Positions 8,082-17,071 are shown, counted from the first letter of the stretch. The stretch is DNA of 53,667 bases from Ignavibacteria bacterium GWC2_36_12 (GCA_001802795.1 MGZZ01000089.1:1-53667), one strand, 5' to 3'. Numbers and translations are program-made. The notes: generated from the letters alone by a model not told the origin.

Positions 8082-11000
8082 TTATTTATCTTTTAAACTC
8101 TTATACTCTGACGGTGAATAGCCGAACTGTTTCTTAAAAGCTCGTGAAAAATAAGCCTGATCGTTAAAGCCAAGTTTATAACAAATCTCCGCAACTGTTC
8201 CGGCATTTTGCTTTAAGAGATCGGCAGCACGCTGGAGACGGAGAGAACGAATCAATTGTCCTGCCGGCTGATTTATAAGTGCATTAAGCTTCCTGCTGAG
8301 CTGTGAGACACTCATATTAATTTCATTCGCAAGTCTTTCCATTCCGAATTGCTCATCTTCAAAATGTGCTTCAATTATTTTTATTACTTTCTGTAAAAAT
8401 TCCTGGTCAGCAGAAACAGTGGAAACTTCTGATGGTTTTATTATTGTTGATTTGCTAAAACGTTTTCTAAGTTGTTCACGCCGGTAAATTAAATTTTTAA
8501 CTCTTACTGTAAGTTCCTTAGCACTAAAGGGTTTGGTGAGATATTCATCAATTCCGGTTTCTAGTCCTTCAATTTTATCATCAAGCCCGGCTTTTGCGGT
8601 TAACATAATTATTGGTATGTGGCTAGTCGCTTCGTCACTCCTGATCTGTTTACTGAACTGGTAACCATCCATCTTCGGCATCATTACATCTGTAATAATA
8701 AGATCAGGGATTTCCTCCTCTGCCTTTCTTATTCCCTCTTCACCATTTGAAGCTTCAACTGTTTTATAATCCAGTTCAAGTTGTTCTCTTATATAAGCAC
8801 GCACATCGGAATTGTCTTCTACAATTAAAATGATTTCTTTTTTATCTTCGGATGCCGGATTCCGGATACCAGATACCGGATCTGTTTTGGTTGTTTCTAA
8901 TTCACTATAAACATTTATTTGTGCCGGTAGTTCAACCAATTGTTCTTTTTCAATTTTCAAATCTCCAAGAGTAAGTTGAACTATAAATTCAGTTCCCTCA
9001 CCTTCTTTACTGTTTACTGTTATTTCTCCTTTATGAAGTTTAACTAATTCTTTTGCCAATGCAAGACCGATACCTGTTCCCTCGTGTTCCCTGGTAATTG
9101 AACTATCAATCTGGTAAAAACGATCAAAAATATAAGGAAGGCGATCCGATGGTATTCCGCTTCCTGTATCTTTAATCCGAATTTCAACCGAAGAATTAAT
9201 AACATTCAGGTTAACTTTTATTTCCCCATTTGCAGAAGTAAACTTAAATGCATTGGAAATAAGGTTATAAAAGACTTTCTCCATTTTATCCGGATCAAAA
9301 ATAACGGGAATATTTTCATATTCAGATTCAAACTTCAATAAGATTTTTTGCGACTCTGCGAGCGACTCGAATGAATAGAAGAGGCTTTTTAGAAATGAAA
9401 CTATATTATGCTGTTCTGCTTTTAATTCCATGCTTCCGGCTTCAAGCTTGGATAGGTCTAATAACTGGTTAATCAAAGTAAGCAGTCTTCTTGCATTCCT
9501 GTTTGCAACCTGCAGTTTGCCTTTTTCTTTTGTTTCAATACCTGATGAAAGAACACTTTCTACCTGTCCCAGAATCAAAGTGAGAGGAGTTCGGAACTCA
9601 TGTGAAATATTTGCAAAAAATTGTGGCTTCATCTGGTCAAGGCGCCGAAGCGAATCTATTTCAACCTTTTCAATCTTAAGCTGGTTCTTTAATTTTATTC
9701 TATTTAGTTCATACCTTCTTAAAAAGTAAAGTCCGGTAACGATGAAGAGTCCGTATAAACCGTAAGCCCACCAGGTACTCCACCATGGTGGTGTGATAGA
9801 TAATTTTAACGAAGCTCCCTTCTCATTCCAGACCCCGTCATTGTTTGAACCTTTGACTCTGAAAACATATTCACCTGGTGAAAGGTTTGTAAATGTAGCT
9901 GACCTGATAGTTCCGGAATAAATCCAGTCTTTACTAAAGTTTTCAAGCTTGTAAGCATACTGATTTTTTCCCGGAGCAGAATGATCGAGAGAGGCAAATT
10001 CAAACTGGATAAAATCTTCATCATACGATAAAACTATGTGTTTAATTTCAGAGATAGCTTTCTGAATAGCAGATTCTTTTTCCTTTGAAGAGGCTGACTG
10101 GTTAAGGATTTTAAAATTAGTAACGGCAATTTCCGGTTTATAAAGATTATCTTTTATGGCTTCAGGATAAAAATAATTTAATCCGTTTATTCCCCCGAAA
10201 AACATCTCTCCGCTTTTACTTTTAAAGTAGGCACCCGTATTAAATTCATTACTTTGTAAACCATCGTTAACATTAAAATTTCTGAATGAGTTTGTCTTTA
10301 AATTGTATCGTGATAATCCTTTATTTGTACTAAGCCAAAGATTTCCTTTATCATCGGGCAGTATTCCATATACCACATTATTAGGTAATCCTTTGCTTTC
10401 AGTATAATGTGTAAATGTTTTCTCCTTGATATTAAAACGATTTAGACCTCCACCTGCAGTACCAATCCACAAAATTTTACCTGGTTGAAACGGATCTGGA
10501 CAAATTGTTTTAATAATGTTGTTATTTAGGCTTGCAGAATCAGAAGGATTATTTTTAAAAGAAATAAAAGATTTATTCTTTTCATTAAAAAGAAATAGTC
10601 CCTCCCTGGTTCCCAACCAAAATCTTTTTTTGCTGTCCTGATAAATCACTGGACGATCACTCTCATTTTGGGGTGAAGCTTCCCGGTATCTAAAATGCCT
10701 GAAGATACCCTCTTCAACATTAGTGAGTATGCTGAAATAACTTTGAGTAATAACCCAGATGAAATCATCACTATCTTCATAAACAGTAAAAATCTCTTTC
10801 TGAGGTAAGCCGGAAAGATTATTTGCATCAAATTTATACTGCCTTGCTTTTTCAGTTACCGGATCATACCTGAAGAGTCCTTCTGTAGTTGCTGCCCAGA
10901 TTTTTCCATCGGATGACTTTATCATCGACCAACAGCCTGTATTACCGAAATCATTAAGCCTGTTAGAACTTTTTTCGTAGCTCTTAAGTTTCCCCGTTTT

Positions 11001-12224
11001 ACGATTCCATCTATACAGAACTTCTGTGCTGATCCAAACGGAACCTTCATCATCTTCCAAAACCGAGCGCACACTAAAACCTGAGATACGTGAAGCAGAA
11101 TCTTTTTCTCTTACAAATGACGAAAAACGATTTGCTTTCGGATCATAAATATTAATTCCCCCTCCTGAAGTCCCAACCCATATAATACCCGTATGGTCAC
11201 AACACAAACTCGATACAATATTATAACTTAAGCTTTGGGAATCGAAAGGATCATTTCTATAATAACTGTATGATTTTTTGTCGGGATCAAATCTCATTAG
11301 TTCACCTGCAGTGGCGAGCCATAATTTACCTTCGGGGTCTTCTATAATTCCGTTTATTTTTCCCCATCCATACCTGTAAACGTCGAAGTGATGAGTGTAA
11401 AGATTATATCCCCCACTGCGTCTATCAAATAAAGTTACTCCGCTAAGGGTGCCTAACCAGAGTCGTCCTTTTTTATCTTCATATATTGATGAAATACTCC
11501 TTTCAAGCGGATCGAAAGGAGCTTTGGGATTTTTGGTTTTAATTGCAAAATGAGAGAAATTCTCCTTATCAGAATTAAATCTGCTAAGCCTACTACCTGT
11601 GCCAATCCATAATATTCCGTTTGAATCAGTTAATAACGAAGTAATGATATTATCACTAAGACTGAAATCAGCGCCGGGATTATTTACAAAATGTTTATAA
11701 CTATGAGAAAATAAGTCCTCGCCAGACATTTTTATCCTAAATAAACCATTGCCATTAGTACCAATCCAAATATTTGAATCATTATCTTCAACGATTGAAG
11801 TTATTTGATTATTTATAGCATCAGGTTTGATATTCAAACGCAGAAACGACCCGGTATTTTTTTTGTAAATATTTATTCCACCATCAAGTGTTCCAATCCA
11901 GATTAATCCGCGGCGGTCTTCAAATAGCGCAGTAATAAAATTATCTGAAAGGGTTGTTGTATCATAAGGACTATGATTAAATACAGTGAATGAATATCCA
12001 TCATAACGATTGAGCCCATCCTTAGTGCCAAACCACATAAAGCCTTTGTTGTCCTGTAGAATTGCATAGACGGCATTTTGGGATAATCCATCATTTATAT
12101 TTAAATGTCTAAAATGAACTTCTTGTGAATATGTTTTTTGTGTTGATAAAAAGAGCAAAAAGAACTTAATAATGTTAATAGTGAGAAAGAAAAAACATGG
12201 ATGCCGCTCTTTGTATTTTTGCAT
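8082..12224 (-). CDS. hybrid two-component system protein: beta-propeller sensor, histidine kinase, receiver, AraC HTH
   Basis: 1380 aa. About 750 aa of two-component-regulator propeller repeats (LWIGT..GL..) with a Y_Y_Y-like region, then a TM helix. HisKA follows (FFANISHEFRTPLTLI), then HATPase_c (DTGSGIP...GTGIGLALAKE). REC follows (ILIVEDN...DVMMPKMDG...LTAK), then a C-terminal AraC HTH (GFNDQAYFSRAFKKQFGYSPSEY). Confidence 0.9.
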   Translation of the reverse strand: MQKYKERHPCFFFLTINIIKFFLLFLSTQKTYSQEVHFRHLNINDGLSQNAVYAILQDNKGFMWFGTKDGLNRYDGYSFTVFNHSPYDTTTLSDNFITALFEDRRGLIWIGTLDGGINIYKKNTGSFLRLNIKPDAINNQITSIVEDNDSNIWIGTNGNGLFRIKMSGEDLFSHSYKHFVNNPGADFSLSDNIITSLLTDSNGILWIGTGSRLSRFNSDKENFSHFAIKTKNPKAPFDPLERSISSIYEDKKGRLWLGTLSGVTLFDRRSGGYNLYTHHFDVYRYGWGKINGIIEDPEGKLWLATAGELMRFDPDKKSYSYYRNDPFDSQSLSYNIVSSLCCDHTGIIWVGTSGGGINIYDPKANRFSSFVREKDSASRISGFSVRSVLEDDEGSVWISTEVLYRWNRKTGKLKSYEKSSNRLNDFGNTGCWSMIKSSDGKIWAATTEGLFRYDPVTEKARQYKFDANNLSGLPQKEIFTVYEDSDDFIWVITQSYFSILTNVEEGIFRHFRYREASPQNESDRPVIYQDSKKRFWLGTREGLFLFNEKNKSFISFKNNPSDSASLNNNIIKTICPDPFQPGKILWIGTAGGGLNRFNIKEKTFTHYTESKGLPNNVVYGILPDDKGNLWLSTNKGLSRYNLKTNSFRNFNVNDGLQSNEFNTGAYFKSKSGEMFFGGINGLNYFYPEAIKDNLYKPEIAVTNFKILNQSASSKEKESAIQKAISEIKHIVLSYDEDFIQFEFASLDHSAPGKNQYAYKLENFSKDWIYSGTIRSATFTNLSPGEYVFRVKGSNNDGVWNEKGASLKLSITPPWWSTWWAYGLYGLFIVTGLYFLRRYELNRIKLKNQLKIEKVEIDSLRRLDQMKPQFFANISHEFRTPLTLILGQVESVLSSGIETKEKGKLQVANRNARRLLTLINQLLDLSKLEAGSMELKAEQHNIVSFLKSLFYSFESLAESQKILLKFESEYENIPVIFDPDKMEKVFYNLISNAFKFTSANGEIKVNLNVINSSVEIRIKDTGSGIPSDRLPYIFDRFYQIDSSITREHEGTGIGLALAKELVKLHKGEITVNSKEGEGTEFIVQLTLGDLKIEKEQLVELPAQINVYSELETTKTDPVSGIRNPASEDKKEIILIVEDNSDVRAYIREQLELDYKTVEASNGEEGIRKAEEEIPDLIITDVMMPKMDGYQFSKQIRSDEATSHIPIIMLTAKAGLDDKIEGLETGIDEYLTKPFSAKELTVRVKNLIYRREQLRKRFSKSTIIKPSEVSTVSADQEFLQKVIKIIEAHFEDEQFGMERLANEINMSVSQLSRKLNALINQPAGQLIRSLRLQRAADLLKQNAGTVAEICYKLGFNDQAYFSRAFKKQFGYSPSEYKSLKDK
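8851..8884. repeat. NGATNCC heptamer array embedded in the coding sequence (kinase-to-receiver linker)
   Basis: The plus strand reads GATGCC GGATTCC GGATACC AGATACC GGATCTG. Positions 8862-8881 are identical over 20 nt to 15671-15690. On the coding strand the array encodes DPVSGIRNPASE. Confidence 0.6.
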
Positions 12225-12418
12225 AGCTATATTAATTTAAGTTAACAAAAGTTAAAATGCACCTTGTTATTTCTCTTTAGAATTAATAACTAAATATAAT
12301 TAACCTTACAAAAATATTTCATCGACGTATAGCCTCATTTTACCTATTTTTGTTATAAAAATTAAGTATATTTTTGTAAGTTAATTCCGCAGAATTCAAA
12401 AAATAAATCTTATATAAT

Positions 12419-13618
12419 TTGGAAACCAAACACGCAGATCTTAATTCATTAAGAATCGATAAATCTAAAAGAGAAGAACATTCTTCACCTCCGGGAAGGA
12501 ATAAGAAATTTTATACCTGGGGAATTACATTAATAGCACTAATAATTATCATAATTTTTATCAGCAGTTCGTGGAGTAGCTGGTTTGCATCAGAAATTGA
12601 AGTAAATCTGACATCTGTTAGCCTTCAATCCCCTTCTCAATCGGATGCTGTTTTGCAGGCAAGCGGTTATGTGGTTGCACAGAGAAAAGCTGCCGTTGCT
12701 TCCAAAGGTACAGGGCGTTTAGAATACCTGGGAGTTGTTGAAGGCGATAAAGTTAAGAAGGATCAGATAATCGCAAGACTTGAGGATAGTGATATTCGTG
12801 CTCAGTTTGATGAAGCAAATGCAAATCTCAAACTTTATGAAGCTCAGTTAGAGGAAGCAAAAAATAATTACAATAGACAAAAAGAACTTTACGATTCAAA
12901 AGTTGTTTCTAAAAGTCAGTTGGAAAATGCCGAGACAAATTATAACAGACTGCTTGCTTCAATTGAATTGGCTAAAGCTCAGGTACATTCTATTCAGGTT
13001 GCATTGGAAAACATGCTTATACGTGCCCCGTTTGATGGAACAGTTTTAACTAAGAACGCTGACGTAGGTGAAATTGTAGCTCCAATGGCAGCAGGTGTAA
13101 ATTCGAGGGCAAATGTTGTTACAATTGCAGATATGTCTTCACTCCAGGTTGAAGCCGATGTTTCTGAATCCAATATTCAGAAAATTACGGTTGGGCAGGA
13201 TTGTGAAATTTCTCTCGATGCTTATCCGAATATTCGTTATGCGGGATTTGTAGATAAAATTGTTCCGACTGCAGACAGATCAAAAGCAACCGTTATGGTA
13301 AAAGTTGGATTTAAGAATTACGACAGCAAAGTTCTTCCGGAGATGAGTGCAAAAGTTCTTTTCTTAAAAGGAAAAGAGAAGCAAACTTCGATTAATGAAC
13401 CTCCTATTCTCATGGTTCCTTTATCAACAGTGGTTACACGGAACGATAAGAAAGTTGTTTATAAAGTGATTGATAATAAAGCTGTTGAAATCCAAATCAC
13501 TACAGGAAGAGAATTTGGAAATTATATTGAGATTGTTTCAGGTGTCGAAAATGGTGACCAGGTAATTGATAATCCCGTTAAAGAAATTGCTGATGGCGTT
13601 TCTGTTGGTGTGAAATAA
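12419..13618 (+). CDS. efflux transporter periplasmic adaptor subunit (HlyD/MacA family)
   Basis: 399 aa. N-terminal TM anchor, a coiled-coil hairpin (ANANLKLYEAQLEEAKNNYNRQKELYD...), a lipoyl-like motif (IRAPFDGTV), and beta-barrel and membrane-proximal domains. Apparent TTG start, so the start is uncertain. Confidence 0.85.
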   Translation: METKHADLNSLRIDKSKREEHSSPPGRNKKFYTWGITLIALIIIIIFISSSWSSWFASEIEVNLTSVSLQSPSQSDAVLQASGYVVAQRKAAVASKGTGRLEYLGVVEGDKVKKDQIIARLEDSDIRAQFDEANANLKLYEAQLEEAKNNYNRQKELYDSKVVSKSQLENAETNYNRLLASIELAKAQVHSIQVALENMLIRAPFDGTVLTKNADVGEIVAPMAAGVNSRANVVTIADMSSLQVEADVSESNIQKITVGQDCEISLDAYPNIRYAGFVDKIVPTADRSKATVMVKVGFKNYDSKVLPEMSAKVLFLKGKEKQTSINEPPILMVPLSTVVTRNDKKVVYKVIDNKAVEIQITTGREFGNYIEIVSGVENGDQVIDNPVKEIADGVSVGVK

Positions 13619-13623
13619 AATAG

Positions 13624-13683
13624 CCCCGACATTTATGCCTGCCTTGTAGGCAGACAGGTCGGGGAAAATAATATTTATTTTTT
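13624..13683 (+). terminator. compound hairpin plus T-run (terminator or attenuator inside the efflux operon)
   Basis: CCCCGAC (13624-13630) pairs with GTCGGGG (13658-13664). An inner stem pairs TGCCTGCC with GGCAGACA (7 of 8). An A/T tract ending in TTTTTT follows. Lies 6 nt after the adaptor gene stop. Confidence 0.45.
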
Positions 13684-13686
13684 AAT

Positions 13687-13776
13687 TTGGCTTTAGCCAA
13701 AATTATTACCTTAAATTGTGGCTAAAGCCAATAATTTTTTTTATAACAATCCACGAGCTAAAGCTCGTGGCTAAAT
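13687..13776. repeat. cluster of GCTAAAGC/GCTTTAGC-centred palindromes
   Basis: TTGGCTTTAGCCAA (13687-13700), TGGCTAAAGCCAA (13719-13731), and CCACGAGCTAAAGCTCGTGG (13751-13770, 8-bp stem). The last is immediately followed by a third GTGGCTAAA. Confidence 0.5.
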
Positions 13777-13819
13777 TAATTTTACAATTAGTTTTTATAA
13801 ACTTTGTTAAGGAGTCACA

Positions 13820-14503
13820 ATGCCAGAAATCATTCAGGTAAAAAATCTATCAAAATCGTACTGGAGAGATAGTTTTGAAATTCCGGTACTCAACAATATA
13901 AACCTATCTGTAAATGAAGGAGATTTCCTGGCATTGATGGGTCCTTCAGGTTCCGGTAAAACAACATTGCTTAATCTTATTGCCGGAATAGACAGACCGA
14001 CAAAAGGCGATGTAGTAGTTCATGGAACAGATATTTCAAAGCTTAGCGAATCTGCTCTTGCAAAATGGCGTTCATCCAATGTTGGATTTGTTTTCCAGTT
14101 CTATAATCTTATAAAAGTACTTACAGCTTATGAAAACGTTGAGCTTCCTCTTCTACTTACAAAATTATCCAAAGCAGAAAGAAAAAAGCATGTTGAAACT
14201 GCATTACAAATTGTCGGGCTTGGCGACAGGATGCATCATTATCCAAAGCAGCTTTCAGGCGGACAGGAACAGAGAGTTGCGATTGCACGGGCTATTGTTA
14301 CAGATCCGTTTATCTTGGTTGCAGATGAACCGACCGGAGATCTTGATAAAAATTCTGCTGAGGAAATATTAACTCTTGTTGAAAGATTAAATAAAGAATT
14401 TAAGAAAACAATTATAATAGTCACCCACGATCCGCATGCTGCAGAAAGAGCACATATAAAGCATCACCTTGATAAAGGCGAACTAACACTGGAGAAGTCA
14501 TGA
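13820..14503 (+). CDS. ABC transporter ATP-binding protein (MacB/LolD-type)
   Basis: 227 aa. Walker [10 protein letters not shown], signature [14 protein letters not shown], Walker [14 protein letters not shown]-loop VTHD. Confidence 0.9.
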   Translation: MPEIIQVKNLSKSYWRDSFEIPVLNNINLSVNEGDFLALMGPSGSGKTTLLNLIAGIDRPTKGDVVVHGTDISKLSESALAKWRSSNVGFVFQFYNLIKVLTAYENVELPLLLTKLSKAERKKHVETALQIVGLGDRMHHYPKQLSGGQEQRVAIARAIVTDPFILVADEPTGDLDKNSAEEILTLVERLNKEFKKTIIIVTHDPHAAERAHIKHHLDKGELTLEKS

Positions 14504-15660
14504 AAGTACTTAAATTAATTTTTAAAAATGCTCTCCGGCATAAGCTGAGAACTTTCTTAACAATTATGGGAATGGCAATTGCGGTAATCGCTTTCGGATT
14601 ACTCCGCACAGTTGTTACAGCATGGTATGTAGGTGTTGAAGCCTCTGCTGCAGACAGGCTTGTTACAAGGCATTCTGTATCTTTTATATTGCCTCTTCCC
14701 TACGCTTACCTGGATAAAATAAAACAGGTGGAAGGCGTTAAGACTGTAAGCTTCTTTAACTGGTTCGGCGGAATTTATATTGACAAGAACCAGTTCTTTG
14801 CAAGGTTTGCCGCTGATGCTAATACTGTTTTTGATGTTTATCCGGAATGGCTCTTAACCAAAAAAGAACGCGAGGATTTTCAGAAGGAAAGAAATGCATG
14901 TATTCTTGGAGTAGATATTGCTAACCAGTATAATTTGAAAATCGGCGATGTAATGACTCTTGAAGGAGATATTTTCCCGGGCAGATGGGATTTTGTTGTT
15001 AGAGGAATTTACAAACCTAGAAATAAAACAACTGATGCTACTGCGATGATATTTCAATGGGAATATCTGAACGAGAGAATGAGCCAGGATTCTCCCGAAA
15101 GAGCAAACCAGATTGGATGGTTTGTAATTAAAATTAATGATCCGAACCAGGCTGCTCTTGTATCGAGCAAAATTGATGCACTATTTAAAAACTCTCCTGC
15201 CGAAACAAAATCAGAAACTGAAAGAGCTTTCCAGCAGGGATTTATTGCAGCAAGCAGTGCAATCATTGAAGGAATGAATGCTATCTCTTTTATTATAGTT
15301 GGAATTATAATGCTCGTGCTTGGCAATACGATGATAATGTCTGCCCGTGAAAGAACAAGAGAATACGCAGTTTTTAAAACACTTGGTTTTTCCGGTTCTC
15401 ACTTAGTTGGTTTGATAATGGGAGAATCACTTTTCATTTCTGCATTGGGAGGTGGATTAGGATTATTTCTCACTTTTCCCATTGTTGCCTTTTTTGAAAG
15501 CGTAATTCCAAAAGGCTGGTTTCCTATTTTCCAGGTTGAGCCGATAACGATTATACTGGCTGTCAGCGCAGTTATTATAATCGGAGTTGCAGCAGCAATC
15601 TTCCCGATTCAAAGAGCTTTATCAACCAAGATTGTTGATGGTTTCAGGTTTGTCGGATGA
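14500..15660 (+). CDS. ABC transporter permease, FtsX/MacB-like
   Basis: 386 aa. N-terminal TM helix, a large periplasmic domain, and a C-terminal FtsX-type 3-TM bundle (REYAVFKTLGFSGSHLVGLIMGESL). Has a 4-nt overlap with the ATPase gene. Confidence 0.85.
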   Translation: MKVLKLIFKNALRHKLRTFLTIMGMAIAVIAFGLLRTVVTAWYVGVEASAADRLVTRHSVSFILPLPYAYLDKIKQVEGVKTVSFFNWFGGIYIDKNQFFARFAADANTVFDVYPEWLLTKKEREDFQKERNACILGVDIANQYNLKIGDVMTLEGDIFPGRWDFVVRGIYKPRNKTTDATAMIFQWEYLNERMSQDSPERANQIGWFVIKINDPNQAALVSSKIDALFKNSPAETKSETERAFQQGFIAASSAIIEGMNAISFIIVGIIMLVLGNTMIMSARERTREYAVFKTLGFSGSHLVGLIMGESLFISALGGGLGLFLTFPIVAFFESVIPKGWFPIFQVEPITIILAVSAVIIIGVAAAIFPIQRALSTKIVDGFRFVG

Positions 15661-15665
15661 GTTCC

Positions 15666-15739
15666 AGATCCCGGATACCAGATACCGGATTCCTGATTTT
15701 AGATTTTTATCCGGTATCCTGAATCAGGTATCAGGCATC
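15666..15739. repeat. tandem NGATNCC heptamer array with an inverted copy (imperfect long palindrome)
   Basis: Left arm: AGATCCC GGATACC AGATACC GGATTCC TGATTTT AGATTTT (15666-15707). The right arm 15708-15739 reads on the reverse strand GATGCC TGATACC TGATTCA GGATACC GGATA. GATACCGGAT (15681-15690) pairs perfectly with ATCCGGTATC (15709-15718). Confidence 0.6.
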
Positions 15740-15780
15740 TTTTTAATAAAATAGTAAAAAAACTTAACAAAGGTTTTATC

Positions 15781-16950
15781 ATGGCAATTCCATTTAATTA
15801 CTCAATAAAGAATTTCGGTTCACGAAAGCTTACTACATTTATTACTATAGCCGGTATTGCTTTAGTAGTTTTTGTCTTTGCCGCAGTTTTAATGATGGCT
15901 TATGGTATTGAACAGACTTTGGTAGCAACAGGCTTGCCTGATAATGCAAAAGTAGTAAGGAAAAATGCTAATGGTGAAATCTCGAGCATAGTCGATGGTG
16001 AAACACAAAATGTTATCAGGACGCTTCCTTACATTTCCAAATCCAAAACCGGTGAGCAGATTATTTCCGGTGAACCGGTCGTTGTAATTAACCTTGATAA
16101 AGTCGGAGGAGGCTTAAGCAATATTACTGTCAGAGGAGTATCACCTGTAGTTTTAGAATTGCGACCGAATATAAAAATAATTGAAGGCAGAATGTTTAAT
16201 CCTTCATTGCGGGAGCTTATTGTTGGAGAATCCGTAACAAAGAATTTTGAGAATTCACAGGTTGGCAGTAAAATAAAATTCGCCGGAGATAACTGGACGA
16301 TAGTCGGTAAATTTACAACAGACGGCAGCGGGTTTGATTCTGAAATCTGGGGTGATGCTTCTCAGCTTCTTAATGCTTTCACAAGGGGGAATTCTGTTTC
16401 TTCTGTAACTTTGAAGCTGGATAATCCTGCAAACTTTGAAAAATTCAAAAAAGCTTTTACCGGTGAAAGAAGATTAAACCAGTTTGAAGTAAAAAGAGAA
16501 CAGGAATTTTTCGGTGAGCAGTCTTCTTTCCTTGCAGGTTTTATAAGAATACTTGGAATTTTTATTACCATAATTTTCAGCATTGGAGCAATGGTTGGAG
16601 CAACAATAACAATGTATGCCGCAGTTGCAAACCGAACCGTTGAAGTAGGAACGCTTCGCGCTTTAGGTTTCCGCAGAAGAAGCATTCTTGTCGTTTTCTT
16701 ATTTGAGTCTTTGTTAATTTCATTAATCGGGGGAGTAATTGGAATTGTGCTCGCTTCATTCCTTCAGCTTGTTTCAATCTCAACTTTAAACTGGAACTCC
16801 TGGTCTGAGATTGCATTTTCATTTACACTTTCACCCGATATTGTAATTTCATCTTTAATTTTTGCAGTGTTTATGGGAATTATTGGCGGCTTCTTCCCTT
16901 CTGTACGTGCAGCAAGATTAAATATTGTTAATGCATTGAGGGCGGAGTAA
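15781..16950 (+). CDS. ABC transporter permease, FtsX/MacB-like (second copy)
   Basis: 389 aa with the same architecture as 14500-15660 (RTVEVGTLRALGFRRRSILVVFLFESL). Confidence 0.85.
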   Translation: MAIPFNYSIKNFGSRKLTTFITIAGIALVVFVFAAVLMMAYGIEQTLVATGLPDNAKVVRKNANGEISSIVDGETQNVIRTLPYISKSKTGEQIISGEPVVVINLDKVGGGLSNITVRGVSPVVLELRPNIKIIEGRMFNPSLRELIVGESVTKNFENSQVGSKIKFAGDNWTIVGKFTTDGSGFDSEIWGDASQLLNAFTRGNSVSSVTLKLDNPANFEKFKKAFTGERRLNQFEVKREQEFFGEQSSFLAGFIRILGIFITIIFSIGAMVGATITMYAAVANRTVEVGTLRALGFRRRSILVVFLFESLLISLIGGVIGIVLASFLQLVSISTLNWNSWSEIAFSFTLSPDIVISSLIFAVFMGIIGGFFPSVRAARLNIVNALRAE

Positions 16951-17049
16951 AATCTCAAATTTCAAATTGCAAATCTCAAAGCTGAAAAACTTTTTGTAGA
17001 ATCAAACCTCTTCTAATATGTTTGAGATTTGAGTTTTGAGATTTGAAAT
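16950..17049. repeat. AAATCTCAAA decamer element: two direct copies facing two inverted copies
   Basis: AAATCTCAAA occurs at 16950-16959 and 16971-16980. TTTGAGATTT occurs at 17021-17030 and 17035-17044. The element lies between the convergent stops at 16950 (+) and 17072 (-). Confidence 0.55.
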
Positions 17050-17071
17050 AGCTACCCGTGCCGATAGTCAA

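Noticed and set aside
9430-9729. Track ORFs antisense to, or out of frame within, long conserved genes. Examples: 9430-9729, 9806-10024, 10646-10831, 11903-12094, 20075-20428, 26707-27069, 38741-39184, 47096-47422, 51017-51376 and 52144-52533.
   Set aside because: Each lies wholly inside a gene with clear domain motifs on the other strand or in another frame. Their translations are low-complexity and unrecognisable. Such ORFs are expected by chance in AT-rich DNA.
12345-12376. Bacteroidota-type -7 promoter motif TAnnTTTG (TATTTTTG) at 12345-12352 and 12369-12376 upstream of the efflux operon, and at 3116-3123 upstream of the first T9SS cargo gene.
   Set aside because: The octamer is nearly pure A/T and is expected several times by chance at this base composition. 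No properly spaced -33 TTTG partner is present. Promoter rules for this lineage are not established.
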